Notes under the pieces: generated by a model | Database searches by the model: none | What the model was told of the DNA's origin: nothing | Seen by the model: only the letters and a program-made list of their open reading frames with translations | Shown: positions 9,488 through 19,290 of the stretch, one piece after another | Numbering within the stretch: the first letter of the stretch is position 1 | Layout: every line of letters starts with the position of its first letter | Program-made: the position numbers and the translations under genes | Source of the DNA: Thermoanaerobaculia bacterium | Lineage (GTDB): Bacteria; Acidobacteriota; Thermoanaerobaculia; UBA5066 | Assembly: GCA_963816185.1 (NCBI GenBank) | Contig: CAWFJJ010000001.1 | Span: forward strand, 64,001-128,000 | Direction of reading: 5' to 3' | DNA length: 64,000 bases

Positions 9488-10132
9488 ATGAAAGATCGCG
9501 GCAGCGCCCTCGTCTCGGTGATCCTCGTTCTCCTCGTCCTCACGATCGTGGGAGTCGGCATCGCGTACTTCACGTCGATGGAGGACCGGCTCTCGGGAAA
9601 CACGCGGATCACGAAGGCCGGCTTCTACGCCGCCGACGCGGGCCTCAGGCGCGGCGAGGCCCTCCTGGGCGAAGTCATCAATCTCGACCCGCCGACCTGC
9701 GGTGCGCAGAGCCTGTCGCAGCTCCTCGCGGCGCGCACGGTGGGTTCGAACCTCAAGGTGCCCGGCGGGGGATACGACGCGCTGTCGCTCGACCTTTCGA
9801 CGCTTCCGGCCAACACGGTGGCGTGTCTCGGGGCGGACGCCCAAGCCTACACGAACATCCAGATCCCGCGGCCCGCGGGGGTTTCCGTCGTGGACAGGGT
9901 CTCGTACTCGCTCTACCTCCGCAACAACGTGGATGACCCGCAGGGCACGGACGTCGCGGACACGGACAGCATCGTGAACCTCATTTCCGTCGGAACGGTG
10001 CGGCTCGCGGCGGGCATGATCGTGACGAAGATCGTCGAGGAGCAGCTTCTCCTGACGAGCGGTGGGCCTTCGACCGGTGCCCAGAAAGACGTGAACGCCG
10101 GCGGAACGAACACCATCACCGGAAAGACGTGA
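9488..10132 (+). CDS. PilX-like minor pilin
   Basis: DRG|SALVSVILVLLVL lacking Glu+5; AGFYAADAGL matches the PilX N-terminal motif; directly precedes pilY1. Confidence 0.8.
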   Translation: MKDRGSALVSVILVLLVLTIVGVGIAYFTSMEDRLSGNTRITKAGFYAADAGLRRGEALLGEVINLDPPTCGAQSLSQLLAARTVGSNLKVPGGGYDALSLDLSTLPANTVACLGADAQAYTNIQIPRPAGVSVVDRVSYSLYLRNNVDDPQGTDVADTDSIVNLISVGTVRLAAGMIVTKIVEEQLLLTSGGPSTGAQKDVNAGGTNTITGKT

Positions 10133-10171
10133 TCGGATGACCGAGTGGATGACCGAGTGGATGACAAAGCC

Positions 10172-13100
10172 ATGACGAAACCTCGCTGCCCCATCACCCT
10201 TCCCGTCACCGTGAGGAAGGCGTGCGCTTACCTGCTCCTCTTCGTCATGGCCTTCGGAGGGGCCGGCACCCTCCAGGGCGCGACGCGAACCGAAGGGTTC
10301 GACCCGCTCCGCCAGATCACCGCACAGCTTCTCCGCGCGAACTTCCTCATCCTCCAGGACGTCAGCGGCTCGATGCGCTGGGACGTGCAGGCGCACTCCC
10401 TCATCGAGGACGAGGATTCCGTCGGCCGGCTCGTCTGGGCTGTCTCGTGCCTCGACTCGAACCCCGGCCCGACGCCGACGCCCACGCCAACGCCGACCGA
10501 AACGCCGACGGAAACGCCGACCTTTACGCCGACGTCCACCGTGACGTTGACACCCACCGTGACGCCGACCTTGACGCCGACCGAGACGCCCACCTCGACG
10601 GTGACACCGACGGTGACGCCGACGGCGACGCCGAGCCAGACGCCGACCGAGACGCCGACGCCGACGGTGACGCCGACCTTTACGCCGACGATGACGCCGA
10701 CGGTCACGCCGACGGTGACGCCGACGGGCACCGCGACGAACACAAAAACGCCGACGATGACGCCGACCGTGACGCCGACGTTCACGGTGACGTTTACGCC
10801 GACGAAGACGCCGACGGCGACGATCACGCCGACGATCACGCCGACTTCGACGAAGACGCCGACGAGGACGCCTTCGAGCACGCCGACGAAGACGCCGACG
10901 AAGACGCCGACGCGCACGATCACGAATACGCCGACGAAAACGCCGACGCCGCTGCCGACGAATACGCCGACGGTCACACCGACAAGCACACGGACGCCGA
11001 CGAGAACGCCGACGCCGACGATCACGCCGACGTTCACGATCACGAATACGCCGACGGTCACGCCGACGGCGACGAGAACCCCGACGAATACGCCGACGCG
11101 AACGCCGACGATCACGCCGACGGTGACGCCGACGTTCACGGTGACGAATACGCCGACCGTGACGCCGACTCCGACGATCACGCCGACGTCGAGTCCGACG
11201 CGGACTCCGACCAATACGCGGACGCCGACGGCGACGCCGACGGTGACTCCGACGGTCACTCCGACGCGAACCCCGACGGTCACGCCGACTTTCACGAAGA
11301 CGCCGACGGTCACCCCGACGTCCACGCCGACGTCCACGCGGACGCCGACGGTGACGCCGACGTCCACGCCGTCGCCCACTCCCACGTCCACGCCGACGCG
11401 GACGCCGACGCCCAAGATCAACGAGCTCACCATCCCGAGGAACCCGCTCGTGAAGCCGGACGAACGGCAGCCGGTCCTGGCCTCGGTGCGGCCTCACCGC
11501 CTGCCCGAGCCGGTCGCGCTGATCGCGTGGAACGGATCAGGTCATGGGTCGCTGAACATGGCTTCGGATTCGGATTCCTTCGAGGCCCCTCTGCCGCGCG
11601 AGCCGCACGGCGTCGCGATGGGGATCGCGGCTTTCATGGCCGTCGCCACACCGACGCCGGTCCCGAATCGCAGAGTCCCTGAAGCTAAGGCGACACCTTC
11701 ACCTTTGCCGACGCCATACCCGTGGGAAACTCCCGTGCCGGGCTTCACCCCGACTCCGCGTCCGGCGGACTCCCAGGGATGTCACCGCTGGCAGTACGCC
11801 CTCCGGTGGGAGCAGCCTTCGCGCCTCGCGATCCTCAAGAACGTCCTTGGCGACTCCGTGACGACGTACACGGCCTACACGGCGCCGGGGAATGGGAACC
11901 AGAACGATTGGCCGGATCCGACGTCGTATAACCCGTCGGGGATCGGCCACAGCGAGATCCCGAGCGCATGGAATTACAAGGCTCCGTCAGGGGCCGGCCC
12001 CACCGTGGGGGGACCGTGGGCCCACAACTGTGACGATCCCGGCGCCCCGCCCTGCGCGCTGCTGGGTGAACAGCCCGGAATCTCCTACTCCAAGGGAACC
12101 TGGGACTGGCCGGACCCGAACTCGAACGACCTGAAGTCGAACTACGACCCCGCCTGGCCGCCGTTTTATCATCCGGGGGCCGACACGACGGGATCCAGCG
12201 TTTACGAGGAGCCGACGTTCCCTCTCGTCCTTTTCCCCGCACCCTACGGAACGGCCGGAACCTACGACGGCTGGGCCTGGACGTTGAACTACGGTTACGG
12301 AGCCGCCCCGAACAACGACGTCATCTACGGGCCCGACCCGGGTCCGCCTTTCACGGTGATGGACGAGACGACGGACAATTCCTGCGGACTGGGATGCGGC
12401 AACTCCATTCCCGGATTCACAGGAACGCCGATCTCCTTCCCGGTGAGCTGGACGAACGCGGCCGGTGTCAACTTCACGGCCGAGACGCAGGACCCCAAGA
12501 CGAACGATGACAAAGTGACCCTCTTCAACGATCCGACGAAAGGCTCGAACCAGCCCTCCTGGAACCGGAACGGCGCCCGGGACGTCGTGGGCACGACGAA
12601 AGACGTCGTGAACTGGGGCCTCATGACGTTCTTCTCCGACGGGTACGCCCCGGTCTATGACCCGAAAGTCAACGTCGTCACCGTCGACACGGGCCCGGGC
12701 GACGTCACGGCCATCGAAGGATACATGCGCCTCCACTACTACAACTCGCTGCCGAACCCCGGCCTCGGAGTCGGCGGCGGCACGCCGACGAAAGGCGCCA
12801 TCGGCGCGGCGGACGGTTCCCTGAGCGCGACGTGGGACGTGGACCCGAAGAAGGCCTGCAATCGGCCCTATGGCGTCATCCTTTGCACCGACGGCCAGTC
12901 GAACGTCACGAATACGGGCAGCCCGGTTGACAAGGAATGGGACAAGACGTCGACGCCGTGCGCCCCGGACGCGGACGGGAGCGCCTTCCCCAACTTCCCT
13001 CCGGGCGCCGCGGAAGCCATGTATCTGAACGCGCATCTCGCGGGGCCCGGGGACGCCGTCGTGCGAACCCGTACGTTCGCGATCGGAATCTCGACCGACA

Positions 13101-15568
13101 TCTCGCGCTGCGAGCTGAACCGCATCGCGTACCGCGGCCGCACCGACGCGAATGCACCCTTCCTGGACGCCGGGTTCACCCTTTTCGATCCAACCGACCC
13201 GCCGGCCCTGCAAGGTGACGCCCGCCTCCCGCACATCGACCCGAGCCCCGACGTCGCCGGAACGACGGTTCCCACGAATGAGAGCGGGCCTGGAGTCCCG
13301 CCGGCGCCCAACCGGTTCGGTCCGGACCAGACACCGCCGGACACCCTCGACTATGCGTTCTTCGCGAACGACGCCCGGGCGCTCTCTGAAGCATTCCAGG
13401 CTATTGTGAACGGTTCGGCGCGGGGCGACTACACGACGACCCCCCCCGTTTCGGGAGCCGCCGTCGGCGTCGGGAGCACGGTCGTCCTGACCTCGGCGCA
13501 GTATCCTCTCTGGCGCGGCCACATCAAGGCGCTTGACACGTCAGGCGTTTTCGCATCGCCACCCGGGCCCATCGTCGACCTCTGGGACGCGGGAAGCGTT
13601 CTGGCGGCCCCGTCACAGCCGTGGCAGCCGAATCCCGACGGAACGGCCGGGCACCCGCGCCGGCAGCTCTATACGTGGAATCCGGTGAGCGGCGCCCTGG
13701 TCGAGATCAAGGTGGGCAACGAGGCAGCCATCAACACCGCTTGTGGCTCGGCCTGCACGAGCACGCCGATCACGTCCGCGATCGTCGACTTCATGCGTGG
13801 CATCGACACGCGGGATTTCAATTTAGTCAATAACGCGTTGGTTCCCAACCCAAACAAGGGTTTCCCGCGCCATTGGCTGCTGGGCCCCTCCATCAACGTG
13901 ACGCCCGCGATCGTGGGCCCCGCGCAGACATACTTCCAGACGGGCAACGTGGTGGATCACAAGCCCTTCGAGAGCACATACGCGAACCGGCACAGTCTCG
14001 TGTGGATCGGCGCCGACGACGGATTCCTGCATGCGCTCGACCTCGGAAGCAAAGATCACCCTGGAGACGGCTCCGAGGTCATCGGCCTGCTGCCCCCGAA
14101 CCTGATTCCGAACCAGGTCACGCTCTACGACACTTTCAACGACCCGGACCAGCAGGTCAGGACGGATACCGGACAGAACTCCGGGTTCCGGTTCGACCAG
14201 CACACCTGGGGCGTCGCGAGCTCGCTGAGATTCGCGGACGTGTGGTTCCCGTCGTGTGCTCCGAGCGGCTGCTACAAGACGGTCGGATTCCTGACCGAGG
14301 GGCCGGGGGGCAACTTCGTCGCCGCGATCGACATCACCCACCCCTATCCAGGCCGCACGCCCGCGGACCCCAATTACCCCGCGGACCCGAACTTCAACCC
14401 GGCGAAACCGGTCGACGTGCTCTGGACGAAGACCTCGTCGGACTACACGGACCTCTTCGGCTCCTGGAGCGTGCCCGCTGTTGCGAACGACACGTTCACG
14501 ACGAGCAAACTGACATTCGGCGCCGGCATCAATCCGGACAGCCTCTACCCCGTGGGCTCCAAGACGGAGCAGCCCGCGAACATCTTCGTCGTCGATCCGA
14601 CCAGCGGCGCCCTCCTGTCGACGACGGCGATCGCGCCCGTCGCGTCGCCGGAGACGACTTCGCTCGTTGGCCACCAGACGTTCACCGACTCGATCTTCTT
14701 CCAGACGGACGCCCTGGGCTTCCAGAACGACAACCTCGCGAATCTTTCGCTCCAGGGCGACGAGAACGGACGTGTCAACGCGCTCTATGGAGACTGGACG
14801 AGCCCGACTTCGAAGGTCCTCATCGACCTCAACGCGGTTTCGAAGGCCTCCTTGGGGGTGGACAGCCCTCAGCCTCTCTACTACTCGCCGTCGGCCAACG
14901 GATTCGGAACGCTCGGCACCCAGATCTTCGCTCTCGCAAGCGGCAGCTTCTACGAAACGAGCCCGACCGTCTCGGGCTGGAACGTGAATCGGACCGCCCC
15001 GAAGCCGCCGACAGGCTCGGGCTTCCCGGACGATCTTCCCGTCTTCGTGCCGACCCTCTTCGTCGCGGTGAATCCCAACAAGATCACGGATGGCGCCTTC
15101 GGCACGACGCTCGACTCGGCGCACGTCATCAGCAAGGTCATCGGCGGCGAGACGACCGGGATCCCGCTTCAGCTTACCGACCCGACGTACATCGCGGGCG
15201 TTCACACGCGCCTCGGGATTCATTCGCAGATCACGTCTTCGCCGCTCCTCGTGGTGGACTCGTCTTCGACGAAGCAAAATGTCTTCTTCACCGTCTTCGA
15301 CCCGGACTTCGGGTGCAACGGCTTCTCGTACGTCGTCAACGTGGAGTTCACGATCTCCGCGACCTCCGTGCCGGGGTTCAGCGCGACGACCGTGATCCCC
15401 GCCGCGCCAGGCGCTGCCGCCGGCTTCGTCGTAACGGACCAGGGTGCATTCATCGGGCAGAGCGGCGTCGGAAAGGGCGAGTCGACGCTCGTTCAGATCC
15501 ATATCCCCACACCCCAGCTGCCCGGCCATCCGAACTTCCGTCTCGGGTGGTGGAAGGAGCAGAAATAG
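10172..15568 (+). CDS. PilY1/PilC-like pilus tip adhesin: vWA domain with Pro/Thr insertion plus C-terminal beta-propeller (~1800 aa; alternative GTG start at 10145)
   Basis: Signal peptide; MIDAS DVSGS; [10 protein letters not shown]; VNWGLMTF; GGTPT; VILCTDG; TFAIGI; propeller motifs [28 protein letters not shown]; C-terminal RLGWWKE; follows pilVWX. Confidence 0.82.
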   Translation: MTKPRCPITLPVTVRKACAYLLLFVMAFGGAGTLQGATRTEGFDPLRQITAQLLRANFLILQDVSGSMRWDVQAHSLIEDEDSVGRLVWAVSCLDSNPGPTPTPTPTPTETPTETPTFTPTSTVTLTPTVTPTLTPTETPTSTVTPTVTPTATPSQTPTETPTPTVTPTFTPTMTPTVTPTVTPTGTATNTKTPTMTPTVTPTFTVTFTPTKTPTATITPTITPTSTKTPTRTPSSTPTKTPTKTPTRTITNTPTKTPTPLPTNTPTVTPTSTRTPTRTPTPTITPTFTITNTPTVTPTATRTPTNTPTRTPTITPTVTPTFTVTNTPTVTPTPTITPTSSPTRTPTNTRTPTATPTVTPTVTPTRTPTVTPTFTKTPTVTPTSTPTSTRTPTVTPTSTPSPTPTSTPTRTPTPKINELTIPRNPLVKPDERQPVLASVRPHRLPEPVALIAWNGSGHGSLNMASDSDSFEAPLPREPHGVAMGIAAFMAVATPTPVPNRRVPEAKATPSPLPTPYPWETPVPGFTPTPRPADSQGCHRWQYALRWEQPSRLAILKNVLGDSVTTYTAYTAPGNGNQNDWPDPTSYNPSGIGHSEIPSAWNYKAPSGAGPTVGGPWAHNCDDPGAPPCALLGEQPGISYSKGTWDWPDPNSNDLKSNYDPAWPPFYHPGADTTGSSVYEEPTFPLVLFPAPYGTAGTYDGWAWTLNYGYGAAPNNDVIYGPDPGPPFTVMDETTDNSCGLGCGNSIPGFTGTPISFPVSWTNAAGVNFTAETQDPKTNDDKVTLFNDPTKGSNQPSWNRNGARDVVGTTKDVVNWGLMTFFSDGYAPVYDPKVNVVTVDTGPGDVTAIEGYMRLHYYNSLPNPGLGVGGGTPTKGAIGAADGSLSATWDVDPKKACNRPYGVILCTDGQSNVTNTGSPVDKEWDKTSTPCAPDADGSAFPNFPPGAAEAMYLNAHLAGPGDAVVRTRTFAIGISTDISRCELNRIAYRGRTDANAPFLDAGFTLFDPTDPPALQGDARLPHIDPSPDVAGTTVPTNESGPGVPPAPNRFGPDQTPPDTLDYAFFANDARALSEAFQAIVNGSARGDYTTTPPVSGAAVGVGSTVVLTSAQYPLWRGHIKALDTSGVFASPPGPIVDLWDAGSVLAAPSQPWQPNPDGTAGHPRRQLYTWNPVSGALVEIKVGNEAAINTACGSACTSTPITSAIVDFMRGIDTRDFNLVNNALVPNPNKGFPRHWLLGPSINVTPAIVGPAQTYFQTGNVVDHKPFESTYANRHSLVWIGADDGFLHALDLGSKDHPGDGSEVIGLLPPNLIPNQVTLYDTFNDPDQQVRTDTGQNSGFRFDQHTWGVASSLRFADVWFPSCAPSGCYKTVGFLTEGPGGNFVAAIDITHPYPGRTPADPNYPADPNFNPAKPVDVLWTKTSSDYTDLFGSWSVPAVANDTFTTSKLTFGAGINPDSLYPVGSKTEQPANIFVVDPTSGALLSTTAIAPVASPETTSLVGHQTFTDSIFFQTDALGFQNDNLANLSLQGDENGRVNALYGDWTSPTSKVLIDLNAVSKASLGVDSPQPLYYSPSANGFGTLGTQIFALASGSFYETSPTVSGWNVNRTAPKPPTGSGFPDDLPVFVPTLFVAVNPNKITDGAFGTTLDSAHVISKVIGGETTGIPLQLTDPTYIAGVHTRLGIHSQITSSPLLVVDSSSTKQNVFFTVFDPDFGCNGFSYVVNVEFTISATSVPGFSATTVIPAAPGAAAGFVVTDQGAFIGQSGVGKGESTLVQIHIPTPQLPGHPNFRLGWWKEQK
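10468..11413 (+). repeat. Intragenic low-complexity Pro/Thr tandem repeat (ACGCCG-rich), ~315 codons of TPTxTPT
   Basis: Seen directly in DNA and protein. Confidence 0.95.
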
Positions 15569-15601
15569 GCTCCGGAGTTCCTGGTGACAGGGGAAGGGGT
15601 G

Positions 15602-15628
15602 AGGGGGAACCCGTTCGGGGTTCCCCCT
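15602..15628. repeat. Hairpin AGGGGGAACCC-GTTCG-GGGTTCCCCCT downstream of pilY1 (REP-like element or atypical terminator)
   Basis: Perfect 11-bp inverted repeat; no U-tract follows on the + strand. Confidence 0.65.
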
Positions 15629-15703
15629 GAAAATGATCAGCATGCTCGCCCGCTTTTTCCCAGTCGCGGGCGAAGCCCGCGCCGGGCGAGCTAGACTCCG
15701 CGC

Positions 15704-16939
15704 GTGGTCGCGGGGGCGAGGCCGTTCCTGCGTGAGAGAGGGTTCTCCCTACGAGAGCTCACTCTCACGCTCCTTCTCGTGGGCGCCGTCATCGTCGTCG
15801 CGGTCAGGCTGATCGACCTCCGGACGAAGCTCCTCGTCGTCGAGAAGGACGCTCCCGGACTCGCCGGCGTTCTGGACGTCGCCGAGCGCTCCATCTCGCG
15901 GGATATGGAAGGCGCTTTTCGCGGCGGCTTCGCCCTTCCCGACGCCATTTCCTCTGCCGAGGACAACACCTCCGCCACGGGCATCACCTCCTACCGTGAC
16001 GCGGGAGGAACGGTCGCGGTTCGGATGGGCACCGACCAGCTCCGGCTTCGCGGAGTGATCCGGTCGCCCCGCCTCGCCGTCGAGCCGCAAGGGGGGGACG
16101 GGACGAGCGTTCGCGACCGGATTCTGCGAAACGCTTCTTCCGTTCCTCTCCAGGCGGGCACGCCGCCCGAGGACCGCGACGCCGCGAAGAATCTCCAATC
16201 CGTGATCGAGCATCTCGGGGACCCTTCTCTTCGCTCGAAGCGGTTCTTCCTCGTGACCGATTCCGCAGGGCGTTACGCCGTCTCCGTCGTGCGCGCCTGG
16301 AATTCTCCTCCGGGTCCCGCTCGAACCATGGAATTCCTCCTCGACTTCACGGATCCGGACGCCGTGAGCTTGAACCCCGGCGGCGAGGCGGCTGCGGCCC
16401 GCTCTCTCTCCGAGATCGTGACCGCGGGAGTTCTGGACGACCTCGTGTGGTTCGTCGCGCAGGGGCCGGAGGGGCGGCTCCCCGATTACGACGCGGCGAT
16501 TGATCCGCCGTCGATGAAGTTTCCGCACCCGTATCTGGCCGTGGCGGCTTTCGCGGGAGGGGGCCGCTGGGAGATCACGCGCGTCGGAGAGGACGTCGAA
16601 GATCTTCAGGTGGCATGGGAGCTCTCCGGCGATGGAGGCGTGCTCACGTGGCGGGCCGACGTTGCCGGGAGTCCGGCTCCGAGGGCGAACGAGGTCTCGG
16701 ATTCCGCCGGGAAGCCGCTCCTCGTCGCGCTGAAAATCGCGATGACGGCCAAGGCGGAGCACCGCTATGTGCGCGGGGACGGCCCCCAGCCGTCGGTCGC
16801 TTTCGCCCCGCTCCTGAACGCTCCCGCACCCGACCTGCACGGCGCCGGGCCCGTGGGATGGAGCCCCGACGAGAGCCGGCGCATCCCGTTCGAGCGCACG
16901 ACGCGAGAGGTCGTCATCCCGACAGCTCTCGGACGGTGA
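15704..16939 (+). CDS. Second PilW-like pilin with a degenerate prepilin signal
   Basis: ERG|FSLRELTLTLLLV; GEDVEDLQVAW mirrors ENVEDLQVAY in 8026..9483. Confidence 0.65.
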   Translation: MVAGARPFLRERGFSLRELTLTLLLVGAVIVVAVRLIDLRTKLLVVEKDAPGLAGVLDVAERSISRDMEGAFRGGFALPDAISSAEDNTSATGITSYRDAGGTVAVRMGTDQLRLRGVIRSPRLAVEPQGGDGTSVRDRILRNASSVPLQAGTPPEDRDAAKNLQSVIEHLGDPSLRSKRFFLVTDSAGRYAVSVVRAWNSPPGPARTMEFLLDFTDPDAVSLNPGGEAAAARSLSEIVTAGVLDDLVWFVAQGPEGRLPDYDAAIDPPSMKFPHPYLAVAAFAGGGRWEITRVGEDVEDLQVAWELSGDGGVLTWRADVAGSPAPRANEVSDSAGKPLLVALKIAMTAKAEHRYVRGDGPQPSVAFAPLLNAPAPDLHGAGPVGWSPDESRRIPFERTTREVVIPTALGR

Positions 16940-17028
16940 AGGGGGGATGGGGGCGTGCGAAACGCGCGGCGCGCCAGCCCATTCCGGGGTGTAAAATACG
17001 ATGACGTCTCATCTCGAAAGGAGATCCC

Positions 17029-17913
17029 ATGCGGCGGCTCCTCGTAGTGTTGGTTCTCGCATGTCTTGCCGGCCTCGCCGGGGCCGACGAGATCTGGCTC
17101 AGGGACGGTCGCAGGATCGTGACGAAAAAGCCTCTCGTTCAGAAAGGCAGCCTTGCGCTTCTCACGACGATGGACGGAGTGCTCATGTCCATCCCCCTCT
17201 CGGAGATCGACCTCGCCAAGACGGCCGAGAAAGCGCGTGCCGCGTCGGCTACTCCGGTGCCGACCGCGAGCATCCCGAAACCCCTCACGCCCGCTGAAGC
17301 AGCGAAGCGGAAGAGCGGCCGGCGGGCCGCGGTCGTGCTCACCGACGACTCCGTGGCGCACGGAATCGGCGAGGAACAGGGTGAGAATAAAGAGGGCGAA
17401 GGCGAGGGTCGCGTCGACGTTGCGAACACGTCCGCGACGAAGACGAAAGACGGCTATTCGTTTTCCGGGTCGGTGATCAACAGCGGCGCGTCGGAGGTCT
17501 CCGGCGTGTCGGTCACGGTCGAGGTCGTCGGCAAGGACGGCAAGACCTCCTCTTCCGCGTTCGCGCAGCTCGCAAAGGACACGCTGGCGCCGGGCGAGAA
17601 GTCGACCTTCACGGCGTCGACGTCGATGGAAGGGGAGGCCGCCTCGTACAAGTACGTGCCACGCTGGCAGGTCCGGATCCCGGTCAAGGCGGCGAGCGAA
17701 GCAAAGGCGCCCGGAGGCGCGGCTCAAAAGCCCGAGGCCGAGGGCGGGCAGGCGCCCGCGCCGACCCCGCCGCCGGCACCCACGCTCGTGCCGATTCAGC
17801 GATCCGACGTCGCGCCGCCCGCGGCGAACGCGCCGACGGGAAACCCTGCTAACGGGACTTTCATCCCGGAGAACGAGTCGACGGTGCCCTCGCCGAAACC
17901 TCCGGGCACCTGA
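17029..17913 (+). CDS. Exported hypothetical protein with a probable FxLYD-like Ig domain and Pro-rich tail
   Basis: Sec signal MRRLLVVLVLACLAGLAGA; GGAG RBS; beta-rich GSVINSG...LAPGEKSTF. Confidence 0.65.
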   Translation: MRRLLVVLVLACLAGLAGADEIWLRDGRRIVTKKPLVQKGSLALLTTMDGVLMSIPLSEIDLAKTAEKARAASATPVPTASIPKPLTPAEAAKRKSGRRAAVVLTDDSVAHGIGEEQGENKEGEGEGRVDVANTSATKTKDGYSFSGSVINSGASEVSGVSVTVEVVGKDGKTSSSAFAQLAKDTLAPGEKSTFTASTSMEGEAASYKYVPRWQVRIPVKAASEAKAPGGAAQKPEAEGGQAPAPTPPPAPTLVPIQRSDVAPPAANAPTGNPANGTFIPENESTVPSPKPPGT

Positions 17914-17928
17914 CCTTCTCGGAACCAG

Positions 17929-19290
17929 ATGCCCGCGGAGATTCTGCTCGTCGAGGACCGCGAGTCGCTGCGGGCGATGCTCGCGGAGACGCTGACGCGA
18001 GAGGGCTACAGCGTGGAAGCTGTCGCGACCGGCGAAGAGGCGCTGCGCCGGCTTGCGGAAGGCCGCCGTTACACGCTCGTCCTGACGGACTTCAAGATGC
18101 CGGGCGCCGACGGTCTCGCCGTGCTCCGGGCGGCGACGGCGTCCGATGCCGCCATCCCTGTCGTCGTCCTCACGGGATTCGGCACCGTCGAGACGGCGGT
18201 CACGGCGATGAAGATGGGAGCGGCCGACTTCCTGAGCAAGCCGGTCGATCCCGACCTCCTGCTGCTCCTCGTCGCGCGACACGTGCGCGCCCGGCGCTCG
18301 GCCGTCGCGCACACTCTCCTCGCCGCCGAGGCGGGCCTCACGGGAATGCCCGAGATCGTCGGCACGTCGCAGGCGCTCGCGGAGGCCCTGGAGAGGGTCC
18401 GGCTGGCCGCCGCCTCGGACGTCACGGTCCTTCTGACGGGCGAGTCCGGCACGGGCAAGGAGCTTTTCGCGCGCGCGATGCACGCGCTCTCGCCGCGCGC
18501 GCCGGGACCGTTCGTCGCCGTGAACGTCGCCGCTCTGCCGGAAAGCCTCGTCGAGAACGAGCTCTTCGGGCACGAGCGCGGCGCGTATACCGGCGCGAGC
18601 GAGCGGCGCGCGGGGCGTTTCGAGCTGGCCGACGGGGGAACTCTCTTCCTGGACGAGATCGGTGAGCTGCCGTCCGCGGCGCAGGCCAAGTTCCTGAGGG
18701 CGGTCGAGGAACGCACATTCCTCCGCGTGGGCGGCACGGTGCCGATCGCGGTGGACGTCAGGATCGTGGCGGCGACGAACCGTGAGCTCGCGTCTCTCGT
18801 CAAGGCCGGGGCGTTCCGCGAGGACCTCTTCTATCGTCTCGACGTTTTCCCGGTACGCCTGCCGCCGCTCCGCGCCCGGAAAGAAGACATCCCCGCGCTC
18901 GCGAACGGCTTCGCGGCCTCGGCGGCGCGCCAGGTGAAGAAGAAGGTGCCCACCTTCTCGCCGGCCGCCCTCGAGAGGCTCGCGGCGCACGATTGGCCGG
19001 GGAACGTGCGCGAGCTTCGGAACGTCGTGGAACGGGCCGTGCTCCTCGCAACCGGAGAGGTCATTCGGCCGGCGGACGTCGTCGTCGGCGTCCCGGGCGA
19101 GACCCAGCCCCGCTATCCCTCGCTCGACGGGACGCTCGAAGAGACGGCGGAAAGGTGGCGCCGGGCGGGCGAGGCGGCGCGCATCCGGCGTGCGCTCGAG
19201 GCCACGGGAGGCGACAGGACGCGCACAGCCGAGGAGCTGGGCGTGCCGCTCCGGAAGCTCTCCCAGAGGATGAAGGAGCTGGGGATCTAG
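17929..19290 (+). CDS. Sigma-54-dependent response regulator (NtrC family; GAYTGA variant)
   Basis: Receiver domain, GESGTGKE, ENELFGHERGAYTGA, WPGNVREL, HTH. Confidence 0.92.
   Translation: MPAEILLVEDRESLRAMLAETLTREGYSVEAVATGEEALRRLAEGRRYTLVLTDFKMPGADGLAVLRAATASDAAIPVVVLTGFGTVETAVTAMKMGAADFLSKPVDPDLLLLLVARHVRARRSAVAHTLLAAEAGLTGMPEIVGTSQALAEALERVRLAAASDVTVLLTGESGTGKELFARAMHALSPRAPGPFVAVNVAALPESLVENELFGHERGAYTGASERRAGRFELADGGTLFLDEIGELPSAAQAKFLRAVEERTFLRVGGTVPIAVDVRIVAATNRELASLVKAGAFREDLFYRLDVFPVRLPPLRARKEDIPALANGFAASAARQVKKKVPTFSPAALERLAAHDWPGNVRELRNVVERAVLLATGEVIRPADVVVGVPGETQPRYPSLDGTLEETAERWRRAGEAARIRRALEATGGDRTRTAEELGVPLRKLSQRMKELGI

Noticed and set aside
10468-11413. Possible CRISPR array or non-coding satellite
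   Set aside because: No constant 23-47 bp repeat with unique spacers; variation respects codons; no cas genes
10228-11433. 401-aa Val/Gly-repeat ORF on the minus strand and the 486-aa Asp/Ala-repeat ORF (10222..11682)
   Set aside because: Shadow frames of the ACGCCG-rich Pro/Thr repeat; the PT frame is continuous with the signal peptide and vWA motifs of PilY1
15602-15628. Canonical rho-independent terminator after pilY1
   Set aside because: Strong hairpin but no U-tract on either strand; kept only as a repeat/hairpin
6734-16939. Type II secretion pseudopilin operon or mobile island
   Set aside because: PilW/PilX/PilY1 motifs and adjacent PilT favour type IVa pili; no integrase, transposase, tRNA or direct-repeat att sites seen
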